Shown here: positions 28,299 through 37,546 of the stretch, in pieces
How positions within the stretch are numbered: the first letter of the stretch is position 1
Layout: every line of letters starts with the position of its first letter
NCBI GenBank assembly: GCA_963674865.2
Contig: CAXXYE010000007.1
Location: 288,001 to 352,000, forward strand
Source: Candidatus Hydrogenedentota bacterium
Lineage (GTDB): Bacteria; Hydrogenedentota; Hydrogenedentia; Hydrogenedentales; SLHB01
Length of the DNA stretch: 64,000 nucleotides
Reading direction: 5' to 3'
Translations under genes and position numbers: made by a program
Notes under the pieces: generated by a model
Databases searched by the model: none
The model's input: the letters and a program-made list of their open reading frames with translations, nothing else
Told to the model about the DNA's origin: nothing

Positions 28299-31094
28299 TG
28301 CACTGGGGCCCGTGGGATCGGTTACTGAACCCGAAGGATAGGTCCCATGCCAGTCCTGGCACCACTCCCAAACGTTACCGTGCATGTCGTGCAGCCCCCA
28401 AGCATTCGCGCTCTTACCACCCACGCTATGAGTCTTCGAACCGCTGTTCTCGTTATACCATCCGTAGCTGCCCAGTGTGGAAGACGAATCTCCAAAGCAA
28501 TACGCCGTCGTACTACCCGCACGGCACGCGTATTCCCACTCCGCCTCCGTCGGTAACCGGAAGGTGCCTTGACCTTTCGCATTAAGTCTCTTGATAAACG
28601 CCTGGCAATCGTCCCAAGAAACGTAGTAAATGGGATAATCCGCCCCTTCTCCTCGAAGCGGCCAATCCTTGTTGGCCTTATCGCGTTGCTGACCTATGGT
28701 GTTCCCCATCACCGCACGCCACTGCGCCTGGGTTACCTCATATTTGCCCAGCCAGAAACCCTTCGTGAGCGTCACCCGGTGCTGGGTCTCATCATCATCC
28801 CGGTTTTCCTCGCCCGCCGGGCTCCCCATCATGAAGTCCCCAGGCGGAATCCACACCAGCTCGAGCGTCACACCCCCGCCAAGGTCCACGGAACGCGTTT
28901 GACCCGCCTTAGGCGCCTGAGCCAATAGCTTGCGCTCGGGCGTCACCTCGACGGCTTTGGCATACTGCGTCTCGGCCGCGCCGTAGTACTCGGCAGCTTT
29001 GGCGTAGTCGCCGTCGGCGAGGGCCTCCTCAGCCGATGACCATGCCCGATCGCCCGCTGCCACTTCGTCTTCGGCATACTTCCGCTCGTCCGTGCCGATC
29101 TGTTTCTGCGACGCGAGCGCGTCTTTGCGGGCGGTCTCCGCGTCTCCCTTCGCCGCAGCGAGGCGCTCACCGGCGACCGTCGCGGCCTCCGCATACTTTG
29201 CAGTAGCTTGTTCGTACAGGGCCTTGATGTCGTGAAAAGCGGGGACAGACCCGTCTCCGCTCGTGCCTCGCTTCGCTTGCGTCAGTCCCCGTTTTTCGTC
29301 CGCCTCCTTCATCAGCCTGTCCGCGTCGGCGAGTTCCTGGGACGCGTACTTGCTGACTGCCTCCGTTTGGGCCGACTGCTTGGCCTGTTCCGCGGCTTTG
29401 CGCGCCGCGGCTACAATCGCCTCACCCTGCTGTGCCGTCTCGGAGGCTGCCAGCTTGAAAAGGCCCGCCGCTTCCGTGAGCAACTCGGCGCCCTTCACGC
29501 GGTCCTCAGTCAACAGGGCCTGTTCCTGGACCTCCACAGCCTGTTCGTACCGTGTCTTAGCCCAGGTCGCCGCGTCGAGGGCATCCGCTGCTTTCTTTTC
29601 CTTCTCGAGACTGGCCTTGGCCTTCTCATAGGCCGTAATTTCGGCCGAGACCTTCTCGCCTTGCGCTTTGGCTTTGGTGAATAGCCCCTCCGCCTCCTGG
29701 TACTTCTCCACGGCGGCGGCGAACGCCCTCAGCCGGTCATGGGCTTCCCCGTCCTTCAGGGCCTCTGCGCCCGCCTTGAACAACTCCTCCGCATGTTGCT
29801 CCGCCCCGGCGTCCTTCGCGGCTTGCTGGGCCGTTACGGCGGCCACCTTCGCCGCGCTGGCGTCCGCGGCCGTGGCGGAATCAGGGACTGTTCCAAGCGA
29901 GTCCGCCGAAGGCGGACGAGACGGGACTGTCCCTGATTCCTCAACCGTTCCGCCCGGCTGGGAGGGTCGGGCTCCCGCGCGACCTTCCGGCCCCACGGGA
30001 GCGGGGCCCTGGCGGCCGACCATAAGGAAAACCGCAAATACCAGAACGACCACGGCAGCAACCGCTGAAACCGCCCATTGCGCTTTGCCTGTTCGTTGCC
30101 CCGCCTGCTCGAGCGCCTCACGCAGGGCGGCCGCGGATTCGGGACGGTCCTCCGCGTTTGGCTCCAAGCAAGTGAGAACGACGGTGTCGAGGCCCTTAGG
30201 CGTGCCGGCACTGATCTGAGAGGGGGATTTGACGCGGCCCACAGGTATCTCCCCCGTGAGCATCTGGTAGAGGACCACCCCCACGGAGTAAATATCCGCG
30301 CGGGCGTCGAGTTCGCGGAGGTGGATGCTCTGCTCCGGGGCCTGGTAGTACGCCGTGCCCAGGGCCATGCTCGACTTGGTAAGTCGGCCGGGCGACATGA
30401 GCTTGGCCAGGCCGAAGTCCAGCACCTTAATGGCACCGTCGGGCCGCACCATGATGTTCTGCGGTTTGAGGTCGCGGTGGATGGTGTTCTTGTGCGCGTA
30501 CTCGAGGGCGTCACAGAGCTGGCGGGTGATGTCCAGTGCTTCTTCGACGGGCAGCCGCCCACCGCGTTCCTGCAAGACGCGATGGAGCGTCTTGCCTTCG
30601 ACATACTCCATCGTGAAGAAGTAGAAGCCCCGGCGCTTGTCCGCCGCCAAGTCGTAGACCGTGACAATGTTCTCGTGGCGCAATTGCTGGCTGATGGCTA
30701 CCTCGGAGCGGAATCGTTGGCGAGCCGTCTCGCTGGCTAACAGCGAAGGCAGCATCACCTTGAGGGCCTTCTCCAGACCGAGGTGCCGGTCCTTCACGTG
30801 GTAGACAGCGCCCATGCCGCCGAATCCGAGTTGCTTTACCACCTCGAATCGCTTGGCCACCACATCGCCGGGCTTCAACAGGACGGACTTCTGCTCACGA
30901 ATGAGGTCCGGATCGAGTTCGCTCCCCTGCGGCAGGAACGGCTGCAGTTGGTCCTCCGCCCACGTCGGCGACTCCCCCGCCGATACCATCCCCGGAGCAG
31001 AGTCTTTCCCCGGCGCTCCGGCTCCCTCGCCGTCGCCCTCCCACCGCGTGGGGCTATCGCCTTCGCTGGCTATCTTCGGCGGCTCGTGCGGCAT
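28170..31094 (-). CDS. Receptor-like Ser/Thr kinase: kinase-TM-coiled-coil stalk-FGE-sulfatase (CLec) domain; putative DGR target
   Basis: GFGGMG, ALK, HRDLKPQN, DFG, APE; TM AVAAVVVLVFAVFLMV; FGE motifs RLPTEAEWEYACRAG, GLHDMHGNVWEWCQD, RGGSW...GFRLAR. Confidence 0.92.
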   Translation of the reverse strand: MPHEPPKIASEGDSPTRWEGDGEGAGAPGKDSAPGMVSAGESPTWAEDQLQPFLPQGSELDPDLIREQKSVLLKPGDVVAKRFEVVKQLGFGGMGAVYHVKDRHLGLEKALKVMLPSLLASETARQRFRSEVAISQQLRHENIVTVYDLAADKRRGFYFFTMEYVEGKTLHRVLQERGGRLPVEEALDITRQLCDALEYAHKNTIHRDLKPQNIMVRPDGAIKVLDFGLAKLMSPGRLTKSSMALGTAYYQAPEQSIHLRELDARADIYSVGVVLYQMLTGEIPVGRVKSPSQISAGTPKGLDTVVLTCLEPNAEDRPESAAALREALEQAGQRTGKAQWAVSAVAAVVVLVFAVFLMVGRQGPAPVGPEGRAGARPSQPGGTVEESGTVPSRPPSADSLGTVPDSATAADASAAKVAAVTAQQAAKDAGAEQHAEELFKAGAEALKDGEAHDRLRAFAAAVEKYQEAEGLFTKAKAQGEKVSAEITAYEKAKASLEKEKKAADALDAATWAKTRYEQAVEVQEQALLTEDRVKGAELLTEAAGLFKLAASETAQQGEAIVAAARKAAEQAKQSAQTEAVSKYASQELADADRLMKEADEKRGLTQAKRGTSGDGSVPAFHDIKALYEQATAKYAEAATVAGERLAAAKGDAETARKDALASQKQIGTDERKYAEDEVAAGDRAWSSAEEALADGDYAKAAEYYGAAETQYAKAVEVTPERKLLAQAPKAGQTRSVDLGGGVTLELVWIPPGDFMMGSPAGEENRDDDETQHRVTLTKGFWLGKYEVTQAQWRAVMGNTIGQQRDKANKDWPLRGEGADYPIYYVSWDDCQAFIKRLNAKGQGTFRLPTEAEWEYACRAGSTTAYCFGDSSSTLGSYGWYNENSGSKTHSVGGKSANAWGLHDMHGNVWEWCQDWHGTYPSGSVTDPTGPSAGSYRVARGGSWYFNPRYCRSAVRSWSAPGDRYDILGFRLARP
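29241..29291. repeat. REP-like element inside the kinase CDS (in frame)
   Basis: Reverse complement cggggactgacgcaagcgaagcgag...gggtctgtcccc resembles 21026-21067. Confidence 0.6.
29877..29940. repeat. REP-like palindromic element inside the kinase CDS (in frame)
   Basis: 12-bp terminal inverted repeat ggaatcagggac/gtccctgattcc and internal hairpin gtccgcc-gaa-ggcggac; encodes GTVP twice. Confidence 0.7.
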
Positions 31095-31203
31095 TCAGTT
31101 GTCCCATCCCCGAATCGATCTAAACTCCCCCGGCAACTGCTTGACGAGCACTGCCGTAAGCTTCGCTGACCTGTACAAATTGCGCCAACATTCCTCATCT
31201 CCA

Positions 31204-32910
31204 CTACCTGTCCCTGCAGAGGCGCAGTCCGCAACTACTGAGTTGTTCGTCCGACTGCCTTCTCTTGCGCCGGGCCGAGCGGCAGCTGAGATCCTCTCCA
31301 CCCCAACTTCCCCCACGCACTACTCGACTTGAACCATCTGGCGGACCTTTGGGGTCCATGGAAAAGCTGGCTGGATACTCCGCATACCAGTCCTGACACC
31401 ATTCCCAAACGTTGCCGTGCATATCGTGAAGGCCCCAGACATTTGGGCGCTTCTGACCGACGCGGTGCGTTGTCGCGCGGCTATTCTTCTTGTACCAAGC
31501 ATAATGCTCAAGGTCGGATATGGCATCTCCAAAACTGTAGGCCGTTGTGGTGCCGGCTCGACACGCATATTCCCACTCGGCCTCTGTCGGGAACCGAAAC
31601 CTCTCCTCTTGTCTGGCGTTGAGCCTCCGTATATACTCATAACAGTCATTCCACGACACGTTTTCTACGGGCCGGTCAGCACCCGCGAAGCGCGATGGCG
31701 AATTCCCCATCACAGCACACCACTGAGCCTGCGTGACTTGGTATTTCGCCAACCAAAACCCCTGAGAGATCGTCACCTGGTGTTGACGTTCATTCGGAGC
31801 GAAATTGTGTTCTTGAGGTGTGCTGCCCATCATGAAAGTACCTTGGGGAATCCAAACGAAGTCGATATCCGCGAAGGTCCGTACCTCCCCAGGTAATGGC
31901 TCGTGTTTAGAAAAGTTGGGCGCTTTGGATATGTGCCAAGTCCCCTTGATTGATAAGGCAGATAATCCATCGAAGAAAGATGCGCAGGAAGAAGGGCGGC
32001 CTTTCTTATCCTTGCTGGTCGCCCTAGCGAGGCAAGCGTTGGCACTGGCTGGCAGACTGGGAATGGGTTCCAGGTCCTCATGCAGTTGGCAGTAGGTGAT
32101 GTCCGCGGCGTCGGCAAAGGGGGCTTTACCGGTAAGAAGTTCGTAGGTGAGCATGCCCAGGCTGTAGATATCCGAGCGGGCGTCCGTCGGCTTGCCGAGG
32201 CACTGCTCCGGGCTCATGTACAGGAGCGTGCCGCTGGTTGCCTCGCGGGAGTATTTGCTCATGCTCGTGCGGACGACCCGGGCGAGGCCAAAATCGGTGA
32301 GCTTGACGACGCGGTCGCGGTGTACTAGGACGTTACCGGGCTTGAGGTCGCGGTGGACGATACCCTTGCCGTGGGCGTAATCCAACGCCGAGCAGATGGG
32401 CTTGAGACACTTGAGAACCCACTCAAGGGGGAAACCGTCTTTCCCCTCTTGCTGCCGCTTGAAGAGGAGCTTGTCCAGCGACGCGCCTTCGATGAGTTCC
32501 ATGGTGATGAACTGCGCCTCGGAACACTCCTGGAAATCGTACACGCGGCAGATGTTCTCGTGGGTGAGTTCGAGGGCGGTATTGACCTCATGTTTCAGGT
32601 TGAGGAGGGCGCGCTCATCACGGCGGAGTTGCGGCGGGAGGGTCTTGAGGGCGATGTCTGCGCCCCGGGTGTGGTCGATGGCCTGATACACGACGCCCAT
32701 GCCGCCCCGGCCCAATTCGCAGACGATCTCATAACGGCTGTGCATGAGACAAACGCCCCGCTGAAAGGTGGTTCCGGTGGCCGACGATGCCTGAGGGCCT
32801 TCGAAGGTCTTCGAGTCGCCATCATCCGAAACCACGGGGAGTCTCGTGCCGCATTCGGGGCAGAACCGGGCATTTTCTGGGGCGTTCACACCGCACTCTT
32901 GACAGACCAT
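31204..32910 (-). CDS. Zinc-ribbon-Ser/Thr kinase-FGE-sulfatase protein (no TM helix seen)
   Basis: CQECG..FCPECG; GRGGMG, HRDLKPGN, DFG; FGE motifs PTEAEWEYACRAG and GNVWEWCQD. Confidence 0.9.
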   Translation of the reverse strand: MVCQECGVNAPENARFCPECGTRLPVVSDDGDSKTFEGPQASSATGTTFQRGVCLMHSRYEIVCELGRGGMGVVYQAIDHTRGADIALKTLPPQLRRDERALLNLKHEVNTALELTHENICRVYDFQECSEAQFITMELIEGASLDKLLFKRQQEGKDGFPLEWVLKCLKPICSALDYAHGKGIVHRDLKPGNVLVHRDRVVKLTDFGLARVVRTSMSKYSREATSGTLLYMSPEQCLGKPTDARSDIYSLGMLTYELLTGKAPFADAADITYCQLHEDLEPIPSLPASANACLARATSKDKKGRPSSCASFFDGLSALSIKGTWHISKAPNFSKHEPLPGEVRTFADIDFVWIPQGTFMMGSTPQEHNFAPNERQHQVTISQGFWLAKYQVTQAQWCAVMGNSPSRFAGADRPVENVSWNDCYEYIRRLNARQEERFRFPTEAEWEYACRAGTTTAYSFGDAISDLEHYAWYKKNSRATTHRVGQKRPNVWGLHDMHGNVWEWCQDWYAEYPASFSMDPKGPPDGSSRVVRGGSWGGEDLSCRSARRKRRQSDEQLSSCGLRLCRDR

Positions 32911-32920
32911 CGCAATCCCC

Positions 32921-35305
32921 CTATTCCAGGCAGGCCTGGTCTTTCAGGCCCTCCTGGTGGAACGCGTCGACATGTATTGCCGTATCGCCAAGACGAACCA
33001 GCGTATCTTCCGCTCTGATCGGATGCGGCCTGCCCGGCTGAACGTTCTCATCGCCGACGAAGACGGGGGGTGTATCGTCCTTCGGGAGAATGAAGAAATA
33101 GCCATCCACATGAAGCAGGTAGGCATGGATGGGGGCGACGCCCTCGCCGGGAACGACGACGCACGCGCTGTCCGCCGAGCCGAGGGTCGCCCAGCCGGGA
33201 ATCAGAATGTATACCTCGCGGGTCTTGCTGTCATACGCCTCGAGCCCTTCGATGGGCTTTCCCGTGAGCGAGAACAGGCGGTCGAGCCGGTAACCTCCAT
33301 GGTTCCCCGGCCACTCGGGGAGATGCGGCGGGGTCTTCTTCATCGTGTTGAGTACTTCACGGGCGGTTGCGCGGGCCTCGTCTAGCCCCTCGAACCGGGT
33401 CGCGTTCGCGGCGTAGTGCAGGCCGAGGACGGGTTCATCCGATGCGAAAAGCTCGATGGCTATTTGCTCGCCGCGTCCCAGGCGGCACGTGTGCCCGCGG
33501 GTGAGCTTCTTGTTCTCGGTGACGCGCCCACGATTGCTCGCGGACAGGTGCTCGAAATGCAACGCGCCGTAGGCTGCCGGTTCGGGCACGGGCGTTACCT
33601 CCCACTGCATCTGGCTTATGGAACTCCGGCTGACGGGCTTGCCAGACGACCCGGACTGTTGTTGTTCCGTGGACTGCCGGTGAAGATACCGCTCGATCTC
33701 GACAAGCCGGACGTGGACCTTCTTGGCGGAACGCCCAAACCGCACGGCGCCGTAGCGCCCTTCCTGCTGCGAGAAGGTGGTCAGAAGGCAGTAATTGTGT
33801 TTGAGTCCTTCGTGTTCAAACCATATCCGCGCGCGGTGTGCGGGCGGCCAGTCCGGCGCGGCCGGCAGCGGCGGGGCAGGGGGCTCGACGGCTAGGGGCG
33901 CCTTTTGATCCATCCTGAAGCGAACAGGCTCGTAGGATAGTTCGCTGAGCTCGGTGAGTTTGTTGATGAATTCGTTGATCTTGTCCTGACTGAAGCCCTG
34001 CAAATTGACGCTCCACGCGCCCAAACCCACCACCGATTCCGCGGCTTCGACCGTGTCCGGCCCGAACCGGTTGATGATGGTCTGCTTGTCGGCGTCGCCC
34101 CGGAGCACGCGTATGCGCGAACTGCCGGTCAATAAGCATGCATGGCCCCCGGCCTCGTACTCAACAAGGAAGTCGATGACCCGCGTTCCGACCTTGTGGC
34201 CCGGCGGGCAGTACACCAGGGAGTGAAACTCGACCGGTAGCGCGTCGGCTATGCGGACCCCCGCGCCCGGGAAAGGGTCGATGTCGCAAGGTACGGCGCC
34301 TTCACCGCGCCCCAACGTGACCTCAAACCGGCGCAATTCGACGGGCTCCTCGCAGACTTTGTGGAACCTCACGGGCATGGCCACCTGTACGCCTTCCATG
34401 AAGGAGGGAACCGCCTTGATCTCTAGATGCAGGTGGATGCGCTCCCCGCACAGCGGACAGAAACGGTGCCGATCCCGCAGGAGGCCGCGGGGCGGAACGC
34501 AGTGGGGACAGAAGGCGACCGTTTCGCTTCGCGGCGGTTTAGGGATGGGCGCACGGCGGGGGAGATCGCTGCCGCAGGCGTGGCAATAGACTCCGCCCTC
34601 GATAAGCGTCGCGCCGCAGGCCGCGCAACTGACTCGTCCCTGGCGTTTTGGGTCGCCATTGGGCGCCCCCTGCGCGGCTGTCTCGTAACGCATCACCAAG
34701 GGAACAAAACGCAAGCCACACCGGCGCTTGAGGTCGTGGATATGAACGACCTGATACATGCAGACCTGCTGCTCGCCGTAGCTGTCAAGTTCGCACGGCT
34801 CGCCGAAGGGGAATTCGCCGTCCTCGCGCGCGAGGAATTCCTGGCGGCCCGGGTCAAAGGCGTGGACCTGCCGGTTACCCGGCGCGGCTATGCGAATGGG
34901 ATGCCTGCCCGCCATCGTGAAGCGCTTGTCCTCGAAGATAAAGGCCGCTGATACGCGCAGCTCGTACTCTCCCTGGACGGCATCGCTGATGCCCAGTTCC
35001 ACCTTCCGGTCGAGCACCAAACACTGGTCCTCTCCGGGATGCAAGGTCTGACCGGAGGTCTCGGGGTAAACGCCGGGCTCCAGCGTGCGCCCCCCCAACG
35101 ACACGTCGAACTTCTCGAGCTCTAACGGCGTCTCTGACGCGTTGATCAACCGGAACTCGACGAAGGTCGTAACGCCGATGAAATACTGCGCCAGGACGTT
35201 GACCTCGACGTAGAGCGGCGTGGGGGAGCCGTCCACCGTGCAGAGAGGGAACCGGTGGTTCAGCCGCTCGCCGCAGTTGGGACACCACGCCTGATGCGTG
35301 TCCAA
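32921..35305 (-). CDS. Multi-zinc-ribbon protein with two beta-sandwich repeats and C-terminal FHA-like domains
   Basis: Several CxxC pairs; internal duplicated unit; VRFGRS..SISQ..SASN and TLGS..VAPIHAYL..LVRLGD resemble FHA domains; TTG start after AAGGAGA. Confidence 0.65.
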   Translation of the reverse strand: MDTHQAWCPNCGERLNHRFPLCTVDGSPTPLYVEVNVLAQYFIGVTTFVEFRLINASETPLELEKFDVSLGGRTLEPGVYPETSGQTLHPGEDQCLVLDRKVELGISDAVQGEYELRVSAAFIFEDKRFTMAGRHPIRIAAPGNRQVHAFDPGRQEFLAREDGEFPFGEPCELDSYGEQQVCMYQVVHIHDLKRRCGLRFVPLVMRYETAAQGAPNGDPKRQGRVSCAACGATLIEGGVYCHACGSDLPRRAPIPKPPRSETVAFCPHCVPPRGLLRDRHRFCPLCGERIHLHLEIKAVPSFMEGVQVAMPVRFHKVCEEPVELRRFEVTLGRGEGAVPCDIDPFPGAGVRIADALPVEFHSLVYCPPGHKVGTRVIDFLVEYEAGGHACLLTGSSRIRVLRGDADKQTIINRFGPDTVEAAESVVGLGAWSVNLQGFSQDKINEFINKLTELSELSYEPVRFRMDQKAPLAVEPPAPPLPAAPDWPPAHRARIWFEHEGLKHNYCLLTTFSQQEGRYGAVRFGRSAKKVHVRLVEIERYLHRQSTEQQQSGSSGKPVSRSSISQMQWEVTPVPEPAAYGALHFEHLSASNRGRVTENKKLTRGHTCRLGRGEQIAIELFASDEPVLGLHYAANATRFEGLDEARATAREVLNTMKKTPPHLPEWPGNHGGYRLDRLFSLTGKPIEGLEAYDSKTREVYILIPGWATLGSADSACVVVPGEGVAPIHAYLLHVDGYFFILPKDDTPPVFVGDENVQPGRPHPIRAEDTLVRLGDTAIHVDAFHQEGLKDQACLE

Positions 35306-35325
35306 GTCGAATCTCCTTCCCCTGC

Positions 35326-37218
35326 CTAGCCCTTCATATCATGCTTGCACCACGGGCAGAAGTTGGCGCTATGAGGCACCGGCCGGCCGCACTTAGGGCA
35401 AGGCGATTCGCCGGCATCCGCACCGCCCACCTGCTGCACGCCCCCCTGCCCGGCAACGACCACGGCGGACTGACCCCCACCTTTGGTGACGACCTCCGCT
35501 ATGTCCTTCAGGTCTCTTGCGCGGCGGTCGGCGTCGCCTCGAAGGGCCTCCTTCTCAGCCTTCTGGTCGGCCAGGCGTTCCTCGAGTTGACGTTTCTCGG
35601 CCTGGGAGACGGCCGCGGCCGTGGTGGCCTCGGAGGTGGCGATTTTGACGTTGCCTTCGATGGTCGCGAGCTGGACCTCGGCCTCTTTCTCCTTCTCAAA
35701 ACGCTTCAGGTCGAGTTCGAGCTTCTTCTCCTCGAGTTCAAGGCGTTTGATGGTCTGGAGATTCTCGACCTCCTGTCGTTCTACCCGCTCGAGCATGGCC
35801 ACCTGATGCTCACGGTCCGCGTGTTTGATGGCCTCCTCTTCGCGCGTGACCTTGAGTGCCTCCAGCCGGGCGGCGGTGTTACTCCTGGCCCGTTCGACAA
35901 TGAGTTCATATTCCTGGACGGCGTCGGCACGGCGTGTCTGCCGCTTCTGCTCGCTTTGCTGCCATTCGACCTTGAGGGTGTTTTCGGCGGACAGGCGTTC
36001 CTGCTCGCGGTCGAAGTCGGCCTGGGTGGCGTCCCGCTTGTTACGCGCCACAAGGATCGTCATGGCCACTTCGTTCTGATGGTCCACTTGGATCTTGTCG
36101 AGCGTTTGTTTGCGGGCGAGTTGCTCGTCCTGCTTCTGCTTGGTCCGCTCATCGCCGAGGTCCTCTAGCTCGTATTCGCGGAGTTCGTTCTTGATAACCA
36201 ACTCATGCCTCGCCTGGGCGACGGTTTCTACGCGTTCGGAGTCCCGTAGAACGGACTTGACGTCGTACTGCGTGTTCAGGTCATCGATCTTGTCCGCGAG
36301 GTCCTTGTCGGTAGCGACGGCATCGAGCTTACCCTGCGCGTTGAGTTCGGCAATGCGGCGGCGGATGGCGACCTTTTCGCCGAGATGGTCGGCGGCGTGG
36401 TTCCCCATGTAGGCCTCGCCCTTGTCTTGCTGCAACTGCTCGAAATGGTCGCCGCCGAAATCGACGAAGTTGAGCTGAAGCAGGTCGAGGCCGTAGCGGT
36501 CGAGCGTGACGGTCATGGCGCTCCGCAGGTCCGCTTCGAGTTCGTTGCGCCAGGTGAGGTTGCCGTACATCTCCTCCATGCTATGGGCGCAGACAAGCCC
36601 TCGGGTGACGTCGTGGAGTTCATTGCCGATGGTCGTCTCGAGAGTAGCGTAGGTAACGCGGCGCTTGTGGCCTTCAAAGAAGTGGCGCACGAAGGCGTCG
36701 TAGTCCTTGACGCGCAGCACCACCTGCACCGTCACGTCGAGTTCGGCCCCGTTGGCGTCGCGCAGGCCGCGGAACGTAGGCCGCAAAACCAGGTCGCCCG
36801 CGCTGACGAGGATGATCGAACTGGCCTTGCGCAGGCTGAGGATCTGGTCGAGCGTGTGGACGCCCCATTCCTTCTCCTCGGCGATTCGGCCCTGACGTTC
36901 GACGAGCCCGATGGTGCCCGGCTCGACAGTCACCCGGCGCGCGCGGAAACCTTCCACGTCGCCCGGGTTGACGCGTACCGCCAACTCCTCATCCTCGCGC
37001 ACCCATCGGTCGCCCATGATACGCGGCGGCTTCTCCCGCTCCATGTCGGCGCCGCAGTTCCAGCAAAACCGGCTGACGCGCCCCACGCGCTTGCCGCAGC
37101 CCGGGCAATTGCTCAAACTGTTGGGCCCGGCCCAGCCGCACCTCGAACAGAAATGGGCGGCCTTCTTGACGCGCGCGCCGCAATCAGGATTTGGACACGG
37201 ATCCGAGAAGAGTCCCAT
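35326..37218 (-). CDS. Double-zinc-ribbon-SPFH (band 7) protein with long coiled coil and C-terminal zinc ribbon
   Basis: AAAAAGGAGA RBS before ATG 37218; CxxC pairs; VTVEPGTIGL..LDRYGLDLLQLNFVDF SPFH pattern; CPKCG..FCPWC. Confidence 0.8.
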   Translation of the reverse strand: MGLFSDPCPNPDCGARVKKAAHFCSRCGWAGPNSLSNCPGCGKRVGRVSRFCWNCGADMEREKPPRIMGDRWVREDEELAVRVNPGDVEGFRARRVTVEPGTIGLVERQGRIAEEKEWGVHTLDQILSLRKASSIILVSAGDLVLRPTFRGLRDANGAELDVTVQVVLRVKDYDAFVRHFFEGHKRRVTYATLETTIGNELHDVTRGLVCAHSMEEMYGNLTWRNELEADLRSAMTVTLDRYGLDLLQLNFVDFGGDHFEQLQQDKGEAYMGNHAADHLGEKVAIRRRIAELNAQGKLDAVATDKDLADKIDDLNTQYDVKSVLRDSERVETVAQARHELVIKNELREYELEDLGDERTKQKQDEQLARKQTLDKIQVDHQNEVAMTILVARNKRDATQADFDREQERLSAENTLKVEWQQSEQKRQTRRADAVQEYELIVERARSNTAARLEALKVTREEEAIKHADREHQVAMLERVERQEVENLQTIKRLELEEKKLELDLKRFEKEKEAEVQLATIEGNVKIATSEATTAAAVSQAEKRQLEERLADQKAEKEALRGDADRRARDLKDIAEVVTKGGGQSAVVVAGQGGVQQVGGADAGESPCPKCGRPVPHSANFCPWCKHDMKG

Positions 37219-37350
37219 GACGCGATCTCCTTTTTCCGCTGGCGGGCGAGCCGGCGCACTACCCCTGCCCGTGACGCCTGCCCCACGTGACACGACCGTC
37301 ACAAGCTCACCCGCAATTGCCTGTTCAATATATCCGCATGGCACTAAAGA

Positions 37351-37366
37351 AGCAATTCCCACGCCA
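37351..37366 (-). promoter_or_regulatory. Candidate sigma-54 promoter of the SPFH-FHA-kinase operon
   Basis: Minus strand TGGCGTGGGAATTGCT (GG-N10-GC, TTGCT). Confidence 0.65.
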
Positions 37367-37464
37367 AAAGCAGGTTCGACGAAAGTTGTCTATGCCGTGC
37401 GTTTGACAGAACAACCACCGCAGGCGGAGAATCACGCGGGGAAAAGAGCGAATCCGCCGCAGTT

Positions 37465-37480
37465 CGGCATGCAGTTTGCT
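37465..37480 (+). promoter_or_regulatory. Candidate sigma-54 promoter of the divergent peptidase-like gene
   Basis: CGGCATGCAGTTTGCT (GG-N10-GC, TTGCT). Confidence 0.65.
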
Positions 37481-37546
37481 CCCCCTTTCAAGAGAGCCCT
37501 GAACACGTGTCTCGGCCTCAGTGCGCCAATAAGAAGGGAACGGCCC

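Noticed and set aside
27862..28341. Similar ORFs at 27862-28341 and 38997-39353 as a duplicated small gene
   Set aside because: They are antisense read-throughs of the duplicated VR plus hairpin element, and the copies differ by indels, so conservation is at DNA-structure level.
28170..28900. FGE domains as true formylglycine-generating enzymes
   Set aside because: The catalytic Cys pair after RGGS is missing and no sulfatase gene is nearby; they are better read as binding domains.
31204..31330. C-terminus of this FGE kinase (and of 41440 and 48173) as additional DGR variable regions
   Set aside because: Constant codons differ from VR1/VR2, the variable codons are not NNC-biased, and the downstream hairpin element is absent.
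37339..37354. TGGCACTAAAGAAGCA as an extra plus-strand sigma-54 promoter
   Set aside because: The -12 is poor (AAGC), it overlaps the better minus-strand site, and a stronger plus-strand site exists at 37465-37480.
36911..37546. N-terminal extension of the 647-aa ORF
   Set aside because: It overlaps the SPFH gene antisense and spans the promoters; ATG 37547 has an RBS and a promoter.
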